From the IMG/VR virus record IMGVR_UViG_3300036790_000408, positions 70,437-134,436 of that record: a stretch of DNA of 64,000 nucleotides. One strand, written 5' to 3'. This DNA comes from a virus. Shown in pieces: positions 9,314-16,831 of this stretch. Within the stretch, counting starts at the first letter, position 1. Each line of letters starts with the position of its first letter. Position numbers and translations under genes: made by a program. The notes under the pieces were generated by a model that ran no database searches, was not told where the DNA came from, and saw nothing but the letters and a program-made list of their open reading frames with translations.

Positions 9314-9758
9314 TTCGACCGACACCTCGGCCAAGAGCGTTTCCCTCTGTGAGGGATCTAAAGACCGCAGCGAGCGCAGTATCGTCGAGGTTTCTGATTG
9401 TGATTGGCTCACCATTCTTACCCGTCAGTTCTTTGCGGGTAACTTCCTGCCAACCACCGAATTGCCGGAGCCATGCGAGCATCGCACGCATATCGCCGCC
9501 CATCGCGGCATTGACCAATCGAAGCGACACCGCGGCATAGACGTAGTCTTGGCCCATCGCTAGCTCGCTGCTGAACTGCTCCTGCAGCACGTCCTCGGTA
9601 ATTCCCAGCATGTGAGCCATGGCCGGGATGGTCGCCTTGGTCGACGACATCATCCGAACTTGCATAGCCCGCTTGCGGGCGAGTTCGGCGTCCTCTGGCG
9701 GCGGCCGGATCTTCTTTGGCCTGCCTCTGGGTCGACCGGTTACTTCACTGCGCGCCAT
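9228..9758 (-). CDS. terS: Terminase small subunit
   Basis: N-terminal GRPKK and HTH-like MAHMLGITEDVL; C-terminal ELTGKNGEPI; immediately upstream of TerL. Confidence 0.8.
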   Translation of the reverse strand: MARSEVTGRPRGRPKKIRPPPEDAELARKRAMQVRMMSSTKATIPAMAHMLGITEDVLQEQFSSELAMGQDYVYAAVSLRLVNAAMGGDMRAMLAWLRQFGGWQEVTRKELTGKNGEPITIRNLDDTALAAVFRSLTEGNALGRGVGRNGAPLEISGAVDLDPVPGPSDAGNGEQG

Positions 9759-10387
9759 TGGCGATATTCAGCCGCAGCCTCGACGCATTGACGAAAAATA
9801 GTGGACTCGGCGGTCGGCGCGGGACGCAGCCAGACCGGCTTATTCAAACCACCGAACATCGCCTTAGCCCTGCGAATGTCAGCGCTGTCCCGAATGGAAA
9901 CCAGGATCTCGTCGGCCCGCTTGATCGTGTCGGGATGGATGCCAGCCCAGTCGCTCATGGTGTTGGCGCGCAGGGTGGTCCAGGATCCCTCGACGTCGGT
10001 TCTCACATGGCCAGTGGTGTCGATCTGCACTCGACAGCCGCCGGTGATCAGATCGCGCACCAGCATGGTGAGGTCGTGACTGGCGGGCTCCGGACCGTGG
10101 ATCACGATATGATAGCGGTGGTGAGTAAGAGCGAGTTTGGCCAACGTGCTTGGCCCAACATATGAAAACTCAGGGCCGTGGAATTTCTTTCCCAGCATCT
10201 TGTTGAGGCTGATTTCGTTCGACGGATCGTACTCCCAATCCGCGATCGGCTGGAGGGGTCCGTCTTTCCCGGTCGGTACATCGATCTCAGGGTTTTGCAT
10301 CAGCCGGATCATTAGCGCCGGCACACCAGCCCATTGACCATCTGGCTGGATATTGAAGGTGACTGAGTTGACCGGCAGGGAACTCAT
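9740..10387 (-). CDS. QueE (7-carboxy-7-deazaguanine synthase)-like protein lacking the radical-SAM CxxxCxxC motif
   Basis: True start is ATG 10387 (ATGA overlap with the methylase stop). It aligns along its length with QueE: PVNSVTFNIQPDGQWAGVPALMIRL, HIVIHGPEPASHDL, CRVQIDTTG, RADEI, VWLRP. Confidence 0.75.
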   Translation of the reverse strand: MSSLPVNSVTFNIQPDGQWAGVPALMIRLMQNPEIDVPTGKDGPLQPIADWEYDPSNEISLNKMLGKKFHGPEFSYVGPSTLAKLALTHHRYHIVIHGPEPASHDLTMLVRDLITGGCRVQIDTTGHVRTDVEGSWTTLRANTMSDWAGIHPDTIKRADEILVSIRDSADIRRAKAMFGGLNKPVWLRPAPTAESTIFRQCVEAAAEYRQWRAVK

Positions 10388-11682
10388 GCCGCGACGTCGC
10401 TGGTGGGTCGATCGAGCAGGAGCTCCTGGTAGGTCTTGCCGGTCTCCTCGTTGACCGCCTGTTCGCCGGTGAAATCCTGCCAACGCTGGATGCTGACGTC
10501 GATCATCGCCGGGGAGATATCGATCCCGACACAGGTTCGTTGGGTCAGTTCGCAGGCCATCAAGGTCGTGCCACTGCCGATGAAGGGATCGTAGACAACT
10601 TGCCCCTCGCTGGTGTTGTTCTCGATCGGCCGCAGCATGCATTCGACTGGCTTCTGGGTGGCTGAGCCGGTCTCATTCGACGCCTGCTTTTCGATAGTCC
10701 AGAGCGTCGTCTGCTTGGTGCCGCCGTTCCAATTGGCCGTCTTGTTTTTCCGCACCGCATAAAAACAAGGCTCATGCTGCATGTGATACTGGCGCCCTGG
10801 GCTGACGACGAATTTTGTCTTTGCCCAAATGATCTGCTGGCGAACTTCAAACCCAGCATCCTGCAACGCGAGTTGCGCCGTCATCGGGTCTCTCGCGGCG
10901 TGCCAAAGGTAAGTGATGTCGCCGGTGAATAGCTTGATGGCCGGTTGCCAGTTGGCGATCTCTTCATCCGCGGCCGGAACACCCTCAATCGCCCTATTCT
11001 TGCCGGTGGAGAGGCGCTTGCCATTGGCTCGTTTGGCCCTAGCACGCTTGGTCGGGTCGTATTCAATGAACGGTGGGGCAGTGACCATAAGGGTCGGCGA
11101 TATGCCGTTCATCGCGATGTTGGCGGTATCGAACTGGGTGCTGTCGCCGCACACCAGGCGATGCTTGTTCAGGATCCACACGTCACCGAGTTTGGAGACG
11201 GGATCGACTGGGGCTGTTGGGGTGTCGTCCGGATCGGCTTCGTCGTTCTCGGTCGAGCCGTCGGCTACGTCGGTGTAGAATTCGATCTCTTCCGGGTCGA
11301 AACCAGTAAATTCTAAGTCGTAATTCATCCCGTCGAGGTCAAGCAGCTCTAGAGTGACCAGACCTTTATCCCACTCTGCCCATGTTGCTGACCGATTAGC
11401 TAGTAATCGAAACGCTTTTACTTGAGCTTCCGACAATCCGTCAGCCAAGGCTACCGGCAATACTGTCAGACCAAGCTTTTTGGCCGCGTGCAGTCGGAGG
11501 TGGCCGTCGATCACCAGTCCAGTTGAGAGCGCCACGAGCGGAATTCTGAAACCGAACTCCTGGATGGCCGCCACCATCTTGTCAAGTTTATCGGCGTTCT
11601 TCCTGGGATTTCTACCGTACTCGATGAAGCGATCGATCGGCCAGTGCTCAACCTTGAGCTGAACCGATCCCTCAGATGCCAT
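10384..11682 (-). CDS. ParB-like N-terminal domain fused to an N6A/N4C DNA methyltransferase with altered catalytic motif (APPF)
   Basis: YGRNPRKN, FGFRIPLV and IDGHLRL (ParB/Srx); HRLVCGDST; VTAPPF in the DPPY position; HEPCFYAV; TQKPVE; VYDPFIGSGTT. Confidence 0.85.
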   Translation of the reverse strand: MASEGSVQLKVEHWPIDRFIEYGRNPRKNADKLDKMVAAIQEFGFRIPLVALSTGLVIDGHLRLHAAKKLGLTVLPVALADGLSEAQVKAFRLLANRSATWAEWDKGLVTLELLDLDGMNYDLEFTGFDPEEIEFYTDVADGSTENDEADPDDTPTAPVDPVSKLGDVWILNKHRLVCGDSTQFDTANIAMNGISPTLMVTAPPFIEYDPTKRARAKRANGKRLSTGKNRAIEGVPAADEEIANWQPAIKLFTGDITYLWHAARDPMTAQLALQDAGFEVRQQIIWAKTKFVVSPGRQYHMQHEPCFYAVRKNKTANWNGGTKQTTLWTIEKQASNETGSATQKPVECMLRPIENNTSEGQVVYDPFIGSGTTLMACELTQRTCVGIDISPAMIDVSIQRWQDFTGEQAVNEETGKTYQELLLDRPTSDVAA

Positions 11683-11985
11683 ACATGGGATGTCCGGAAT
11701 GGAGGCGTGAAGCGTCTCAGCCCCACCTCTGGGGAACATAGTTCTTTTTATGATGCTGGGGTGAAAGCGTCGTCAAGCATTTGTTCGTGCGGGAAAGTTC
11801 ACATCGGCCCAAGCGCCACGACAAATATGTCACATAGACGCCCAAACATGCATGGATAATTATTGGGCATATCAATGTGTTGGAAGCTTTCCGCGCACCA
11901 GCTTTTCACTTCGTGCGCGGATCATGGTGTGGGTGAAATATTTTATTTTGGGCAACCCAGGGAAAGCGAATCGGGTACGCGCATA

Positions 11986-12537
11986 TCAGGCCGCTTTTCG
12001 ACGTTGGATAGTGCGCACGGAAACTCCATGCGCCGCGGCGATCTCCTTGTCACTCCAACCTTCCACCAGATCGACCACCAACGCCTTGCGCCCCGTGTAT
12101 TTCCCGGCCCGCCGAGCTACGGCGATCCCCTCCTTCTGGCGCTCCAGCATGATCTCCCGCTCCCAGGTGGCCACGCCGGCCAGGATGGTAAGCATCAGCT
12201 TCGAGGTCGGGTTGCGGGTATCGAGGCGCTCGCCGCCCATGGACAGGATCAACAGCCCGACGCCGCGCTTGGACAGGTCAGCCTCGATGGTCAGGAGTTC
12301 GGCCGTCGACCTAGCCAACCGATCAGGCTTGGTGACGGCCAGGGTATCACCGGCCTCCAGTGAGGCTAGGGCGGCGATGAGTTTGTCGCGCTCCACCATG
12401 GAAGAGACCTGCTCTGAAAATATTAGATGGCAGCCTAGCGCCTTAAGGTCTCGCTCCTGGGCTTCAAGTCCAGCGACCTGCTCGACGGTAGAGGTGCGTG
12501 CGTAGCCTACGATCTTGGTCATATCAACCATCCCCAT
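11986..12537 (-). CDS. Small serine recombinase (resolvase/invertase family) with C-terminal HTH
   Basis: GYARTST with the catalytic Ser, VTKPDRLARS, EREIMLERQKEGI, and a C-terminal EIAAAHGVSVRTI HTH. Confidence 0.92.
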   Translation of the reverse strand: MGMVDMTKIVGYARTSTVEQVAGLEAQERDLKALGCHLIFSEQVSSMVERDKLIAALASLEAGDTLAVTKPDRLARSTAELLTIEADLSKRGVGLLILSMGGERLDTRNPTSKLMLTILAGVATWEREIMLERQKEGIAVARRAGKYTGRKALVVDLVEGWSDKEIAAAHGVSVRTIQRRKAA

Positions 12538-12583
12538 TATGGTGGGGAGTTTTTACCACCCATAAAAGGCTCGTTCAAGAAAA

Positions 12584-12865
12584 TTATGACGGACGTCGGC
12601 GTCTCCGATTCTCTTTCGAGTCTCCCTCTCGAAGCAAGGTACGCAGCCCTGACCTGACCACCCATTCCAATGCTGAGGTCTGCGTCTTCATCCGCTTGAG
12701 ATGCTGAATATCGATGATGGCATCCCATAACTCCTCGGGTAGCGAGACGGACTTCCTGGTCAACCTAGAGCCCTCGCCATCACCCATGTTTATTTTTCCT
12801 TGACGCTGACGCCCGGCGAGTTCTAGGAATTGGTGCATCTGGTTCATATGGTGCATCTGGTTCAC
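12584..12865 (-). CDS. Ribbon-helix-helix (CopG/Arc-like) regulator, divergent from the virB operon (start uncertain)
   Basis: RKSVSLPEELWDAI...SALEWVVRSGL fits the beta-alpha-alpha pattern. Confidence 0.6.
   Translation of the reverse strand: MNQMHHMNQMHQFLELAGRQRQGKINMGDGEGSRLTRKSVSLPEELWDAIIDIQHLKRMKTQTSALEWVVRSGLRTLLREGDSKENRRRRRPS
12831..12864. repeat. Tandem 16-bp repeat TGGTGCATCTGGTTCA x2 (18-bp period)
   Basis: Copies at 12831-12846 and 12849-12864, read directly from the sequence. Confidence 0.85.
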
Positions 12866-12904
12866 TCAGCAACAGCATAGGCATACCCTCTAATGTTTCG
12901 CAAT

Positions 12905-12931
12905 AGTTTTATAAGAGGAGTCTATAAAACT
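12905..12931. promoter_or_regulatory. Perfect inverted repeat AGTTTTATA-N9-TATAAAACT, candidate operator between the RHH gene and virB1
   Basis: 9-bp arms at 12905-12913 and 12923-12931, in the divergent intergenic region. Confidence 0.55.
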
Positions 12932-13060
12932 GGACTCGGTTACAAAGGTCAAGTGAAAGATCGTAGCGCCGTGTTTTTGATGATGTTTTCACACCAGCCT
13001 GACGCGAAACGGAAACCGCCTGTTGCATAGACGAAAACAGAGATCGGCTTAGGGGGTCAA

Positions 13061-13690
13061 ATGGCCGTAATGACTTTGGCTGCGGTGTTGAGTTTGGCTG
13101 GAACACCAGCGTGTTCCGTCGAGGGGATGGTTCCATCCTTCTGGCCGCGCGTCGTCACCCAAGAGTCCGGCTATGATCCACTTGCCCTGCATGACGACAC
13201 CACCAGCACTCCGTATCATCCGGCAACAATCGACGAAGCCGAAACTACCGCTCGTAGACTGTTGTCGATGGGTCACAGTGTTGGAGTTGGGCTGTCGCAA
13301 CTGACAGCTAAATCTGAAGACCGCTTCTACATGAAATTCCATATGACGGTGCGGCAAGCGCTTGATCCGTGCTCGAACATGCACGCTGGAGCGCAGCTTT
13401 ACGTCAGCGGCGCCCTATCGATCTACAACTCGGGAGATCCCACCAGATCGCTGCCCTACGCCGCCTCGGTGCAGCGCATCAGGCTGGATGAAACACCGGT
13501 GGCACCACAGCCACCAGAAGCGACGGCTGACGATCCCAAGGATCCAAGGCCACCCGCCTGGAATGCCGACGCGCTCTACGACTGGAACCGGCGCCACAAC
13601 ATTCCAGAATTCACCGACCCAGGATCAGCACAGCGACGTGCCACGCCTGTGGTTATCGAACGCCTTCCTTCTGGAAAGGACGCACAATGA
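13061..13690 (+). CDS. virB1: VirB1-like lytic transglycosylase
   Basis: Signal peptide, VVTQESGYDP (catalytic Glu), SVGVGLSQL, LDPCSN and ALSIYNSG; first gene of the T4SS operon. Confidence 0.88.
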   Translation: MAVMTLAAVLSLAGTPACSVEGMVPSFWPRVVTQESGYDPLALHDDTTSTPYHPATIDEAETTARRLLSMGHSVGVGLSQLTAKSEDRFYMKFHMTVRQALDPCSNMHAGAQLYVSGALSIYNSGDPTRSLPYAASVQRIRLDETPVAPQPPEATADDPKDPRPPAWNADALYDWNRRHNIPEFTDPGSAQRRATPVVIERLPSGKDAQ

Positions 13691-14004
13691 CTTGGATTTG
13701 GCTACAACGACTGCCACGGCCGGCCGTGGCTTGGGCTATGCTCTTCGTCACTCTGCTGCTTTACGGGACCACGCCAGCACTCGCACAATTTGTGGGCGCC
13801 GGCGTCACTGGGACCGGCGGCGGCCTGATCGCCCAGCTCATCTCATACATCAACACCAATTTTGCCAGTGGCTTGATTGAGGCGAGTGTGATGTTGGCGG
13901 GCGGTATGATGATGTTCCAGCGGCACACCATGGCCGGCTTGGCCACGATGGCTTGTGGAGCATTGGTGGTCACCAACTCCGCGGCTATTGGAGCATTGAT
14001 CTAA
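13687..14004 (+). CDS. virB2: VirB2/TrbC pilin
   Basis: Long signal peptide ending PALAQ plus two hydrophobic helices; position between virB1 and virB3. Confidence 0.8.
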   Translation: MTWIWLQRLPRPAVAWAMLFVTLLLYGTTPALAQFVGAGVTGTGGGLIAQLISYINTNFASGLIEASVMLAGGMMMFQRHTMAGLATMACGALVVTNSAAIGALI

Positions 14005-14361
14005 ATGGAACTGGACGACGAGCCGCCACTCGAAACGGCTGTGCTTCATGTGGCGGCTTGCCGTCCGGCCATGATCTACGGTGTTCCATGGGTCATGATC
14101 GTGCCGGTGGCAGTTATATGCTTGGAAATCGAAATGGTTTTCGGCATCAAGTTGGCAGCCCTGATCGACATACCGCTGGTCATCATCGCCTTTGCGACGG
14201 TGCTCTACGACTACAACGCTCCTGGAGTTTGGATGGTCTGGGCGCGCACCATCATGATCATCCTAGATGATCGCAAGTACGGCGGCGCATCAGTCGCCGC
14301 TCACCCAATCAAATCAGAACCGACTATGCCTAGGGGGATACCGTCCGATGCTTGGCGATAG
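14005..14361 (+). CDS. virB3: VirB3
   Basis: LHVAACRPAMIYGVP followed by two TM segments. Confidence 0.85.
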   Translation: MELDDEPPLETAVLHVAACRPAMIYGVPWVMIVPVAVICLEIEMVFGIKLAALIDIPLVIIAFATVLYDYNAPGVWMVWARTIMIILDDRKYGGASVAAHPIKSEPTMPRGIPSDAWR

Positions 14362-16831
14362 AGGTACATTCGAAAGCGCCCCTGACGACCTGCTGCCGTA
14401 CTGGCAGCACATCAGCCCCGGCGTCGTGGCTCTGACCGACGCTACCCTCCTAGCCCAAGTGGTCATGCCTGGCCTGCCGTTCGAACTGGAGTCGAATATC
14501 GAGCGAAACGCGCGACCCGCCTATTTCAACTCCCTCCTGCAGATGATCTCGGATGACAACGTCACCATCCACATCAATTTCGTACACTCTGAAGTCGAGC
14601 CTAAGCTGGTCGAGCAGGACAATTTTCAGACCTCGTTCTCACGGGATGTGTACCGCAAATACGAACGCATGACCTTCGGTGACAGGGTCATGGAGAACAC
14701 CTGGATCATATCCATCCTGGTGCATCCGCGCATCCCGTTCGAGGGCGCGCTGACACGCCTCAAGCGCAAATGGATCTCGCCGCAGATCGGCATCAGCGAA
14801 GAGAGCGAGCGCCAAATCGAAGACGTCATGCAAAACCTGCAGATATGGCTCAATCGATATGGCGCGCGCCGACTTGGGTATCGCTACGGCGAGGGCCAGT
14901 ACGAGGGCTGGATTTACACCGAGATCGGCGAAGCGCTGGCGCTGATCCTGACCTGCAAACACCGGATAATCCCACTGACCAGCGGGATGCTGGGTGGCTG
15001 CGTCTACATTGATCCGGTTGTGTTTCGCGGTTGGCTGGGGCGGCACACCTTCGCGGTGGATCAGCCGTCAGGCATCCACCGCGGAATGATATTCAGCTAC
15101 AAGGATTACCCCACGAAGACCTTGCCAGGCATGTTCAACGGCTTGGTCGGTCTCGATTTCCCTGTCGTGATGACGCACAAAGGCCGGTTCCTGAACCGGA
15201 TCTCGGCCGCCGCAAAGACGCAGTTGAAAGAGACGCAGATGTTGAACGCCAAAGATAAGGCGGTCTCACTGCTGGAAGGTCTCATCAAACTGCAAGACCA
15301 GATCGCCTCAAATGAGGTGGTCATGCTGACGCACCATTTCTCCCTAGCCGTCTATGGTGATCATCGCACCTTGCCGTATCGAGCGACCCAGGTCAGCAAC
15401 ATCATCGCCAAGGGTGGCTCCGTGCTAGTGCGAGAGACGCGCGGCTTGATGGGGGCGTATTTTACCCAGGTTCCCGGCGCCGACAAGATGTATATCACGC
15501 GCCCCGGCGCGGTGAGCAGCCAGAACATAGCGCGCATGTGCTCGCTGGAGGGATACCCGAAGGGAGCGGAGGAAGGCTACTGGGGCGATCCGACGATCCA
15601 GTTCAAGACCAATGGCGGCACAGTATACGACTGGCATGTCCATGTCGGAGAGGTTGGCCACACAGCCGTCTGGGGGCATACCGGCCTCGGTAAGTCGCTG
15701 TTCATAGACTTCATCGCCTGCGCCCTGCAGCGCACCATGAGTGCCACGGACACCTTGGTGATGTTCGACAAGGATATGGGGATGGCGATCACTGTGCTGG
15801 CCAATGGCGGCGAGTACGTTTGCCTACGCCGTGGCACGGCCAGCGGCTCCGCCCCACTCCGAGTCTATGACGATGAGCCACGCAACGTGGCGCACGTCGC
15901 TGCCTTGTTCAAGCGTCTCATCCTGCTGGACAACCGCGGCGAGATTGAGCCATGGGAGGAGGACATGCTGCACCGCGGCGTGGGCCGACAGCTCAAGCTT
16001 CCCGTGCATCTTAGGTCCATGTTGGCCGTCAAGGCATTCCTTGGCATCAGTCCGACTGGCGCCGGCGCGCGTTTCGCTAAGTGGTGCCGCGGCGGCGTCT
16101 ACGGCTGGTTGTTCGACAATGACGAAGACCATATCACGGTTGGCCACGATACCCGCCTGTTGGGCGTCGACTTCACCGATCTTCTACCCAGTGAGGAGCG
16201 TCCAGATGACGGCTGTGCCGGAGCCATGGCGGCCGATCTGATGTTCCGGCTGAAGAATATCATGGATGGCCGCAGGTTCGTTGTGATGATCGATGAGTGC
16301 CGGTACTACGCCGACACCATCGCTGGCATCATGGAGGATTTCGCTCTCACCGGCCGCAAGAAGGAGTTGGTCCTGTTTCTGGCCGCGCAGCAGCCAGGGC
16401 ACCTCCTGGAACGTCCGATGGGTCGATCGATCCTGGCGCAGGTCCAGACCGATTTCGCGCTGCCGGACACCAAGGCTGAGTGGAAGGATTACGGCAAGGA
16501 GGGGCGGGGCTACACCCCGGCCGAGTTCCGCTTCGTCAAGGCTCGTCGATCTGACACTGCCAACGTCAATGCCGAGACCCGCGGCAAGCGTCAGGTGATG
16601 ATCCGCCGCGACGGCGAGTCCGTCGTGGTACAGTTCGACTTGACCGGCATGGAAGATGAGATCGCCATCCTCTCGGGCCGTCCGGACACCTCCGCGCTGA
16701 TGATGCATATCGTCGATGAATTGGGGCCTGACGCTCCGACAGATGACGTTGTCGCTGAGTTCAAAAAGCGCTGGAGGTCGGTGAAGCGCATCGCCCGCAA
16801 GGCCAAGGAAATCGAGGAGGAGTTGGTATGA
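14348..16831 (+). CDS. virB4: VirB4 ATPase
   Basis: Walker A GHTGLGKS, MFDKDMG and Walker B VMIDEC. Start taken at ATG 14348; the ORF is open from 14267. Confidence 0.93.
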   Translation: MLGDRGTFESAPDDLLPYWQHISPGVVALTDATLLAQVVMPGLPFELESNIERNARPAYFNSLLQMISDDNVTIHINFVHSEVEPKLVEQDNFQTSFSRDVYRKYERMTFGDRVMENTWIISILVHPRIPFEGALTRLKRKWISPQIGISEESERQIEDVMQNLQIWLNRYGARRLGYRYGEGQYEGWIYTEIGEALALILTCKHRIIPLTSGMLGGCVYIDPVVFRGWLGRHTFAVDQPSGIHRGMIFSYKDYPTKTLPGMFNGLVGLDFPVVMTHKGRFLNRISAAAKTQLKETQMLNAKDKAVSLLEGLIKLQDQIASNEVVMLTHHFSLAVYGDHRTLPYRATQVSNIIAKGGSVLVRETRGLMGAYFTQVPGADKMYITRPGAVSSQNIARMCSLEGYPKGAEEGYWGDPTIQFKTNGGTVYDWHVHVGEVGHTAVWGHTGLGKSLFIDFIACALQRTMSATDTLVMFDKDMGMAITVLANGGEYVCLRRGTASGSAPLRVYDDEPRNVAHVAALFKRLILLDNRGEIEPWEEDMLHRGVGRQLKLPVHLRSMLAVKAFLGISPTGAGARFAKWCRGGVYGWLFDNDEDHITVGHDTRLLGVDFTDLLPSEERPDDGCAGAMAADLMFRLKNIMDGRRFVVMIDECRYYADTIAGIMEDFALTGRKKELVLFLAAQQPGHLLERPMGRSILAQVQTDFALPDTKAEWKDYGKEGRGYTPAEFRFVKARRSDTANVNAETRGKRQVMIRRDGESVVVQFDLTGMEDEIAILSGRPDTSALMMHIVDELGPDAPTDDVVAEFKKRWRSVKRIARKAKEIEEELV

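Noticed and set aside
10388-10642. N-terminal 85 aa of the 300-aa ORF 9740-10642
   Set aside because: It lies inside the methylase gene; the QueE-like protein starts at the coupled ATG 10387.
13061-13690. Phage endolysin
   Set aside because: Motifs and position identify it as VirB1; no holin/spanin cassette was recognised in the window.
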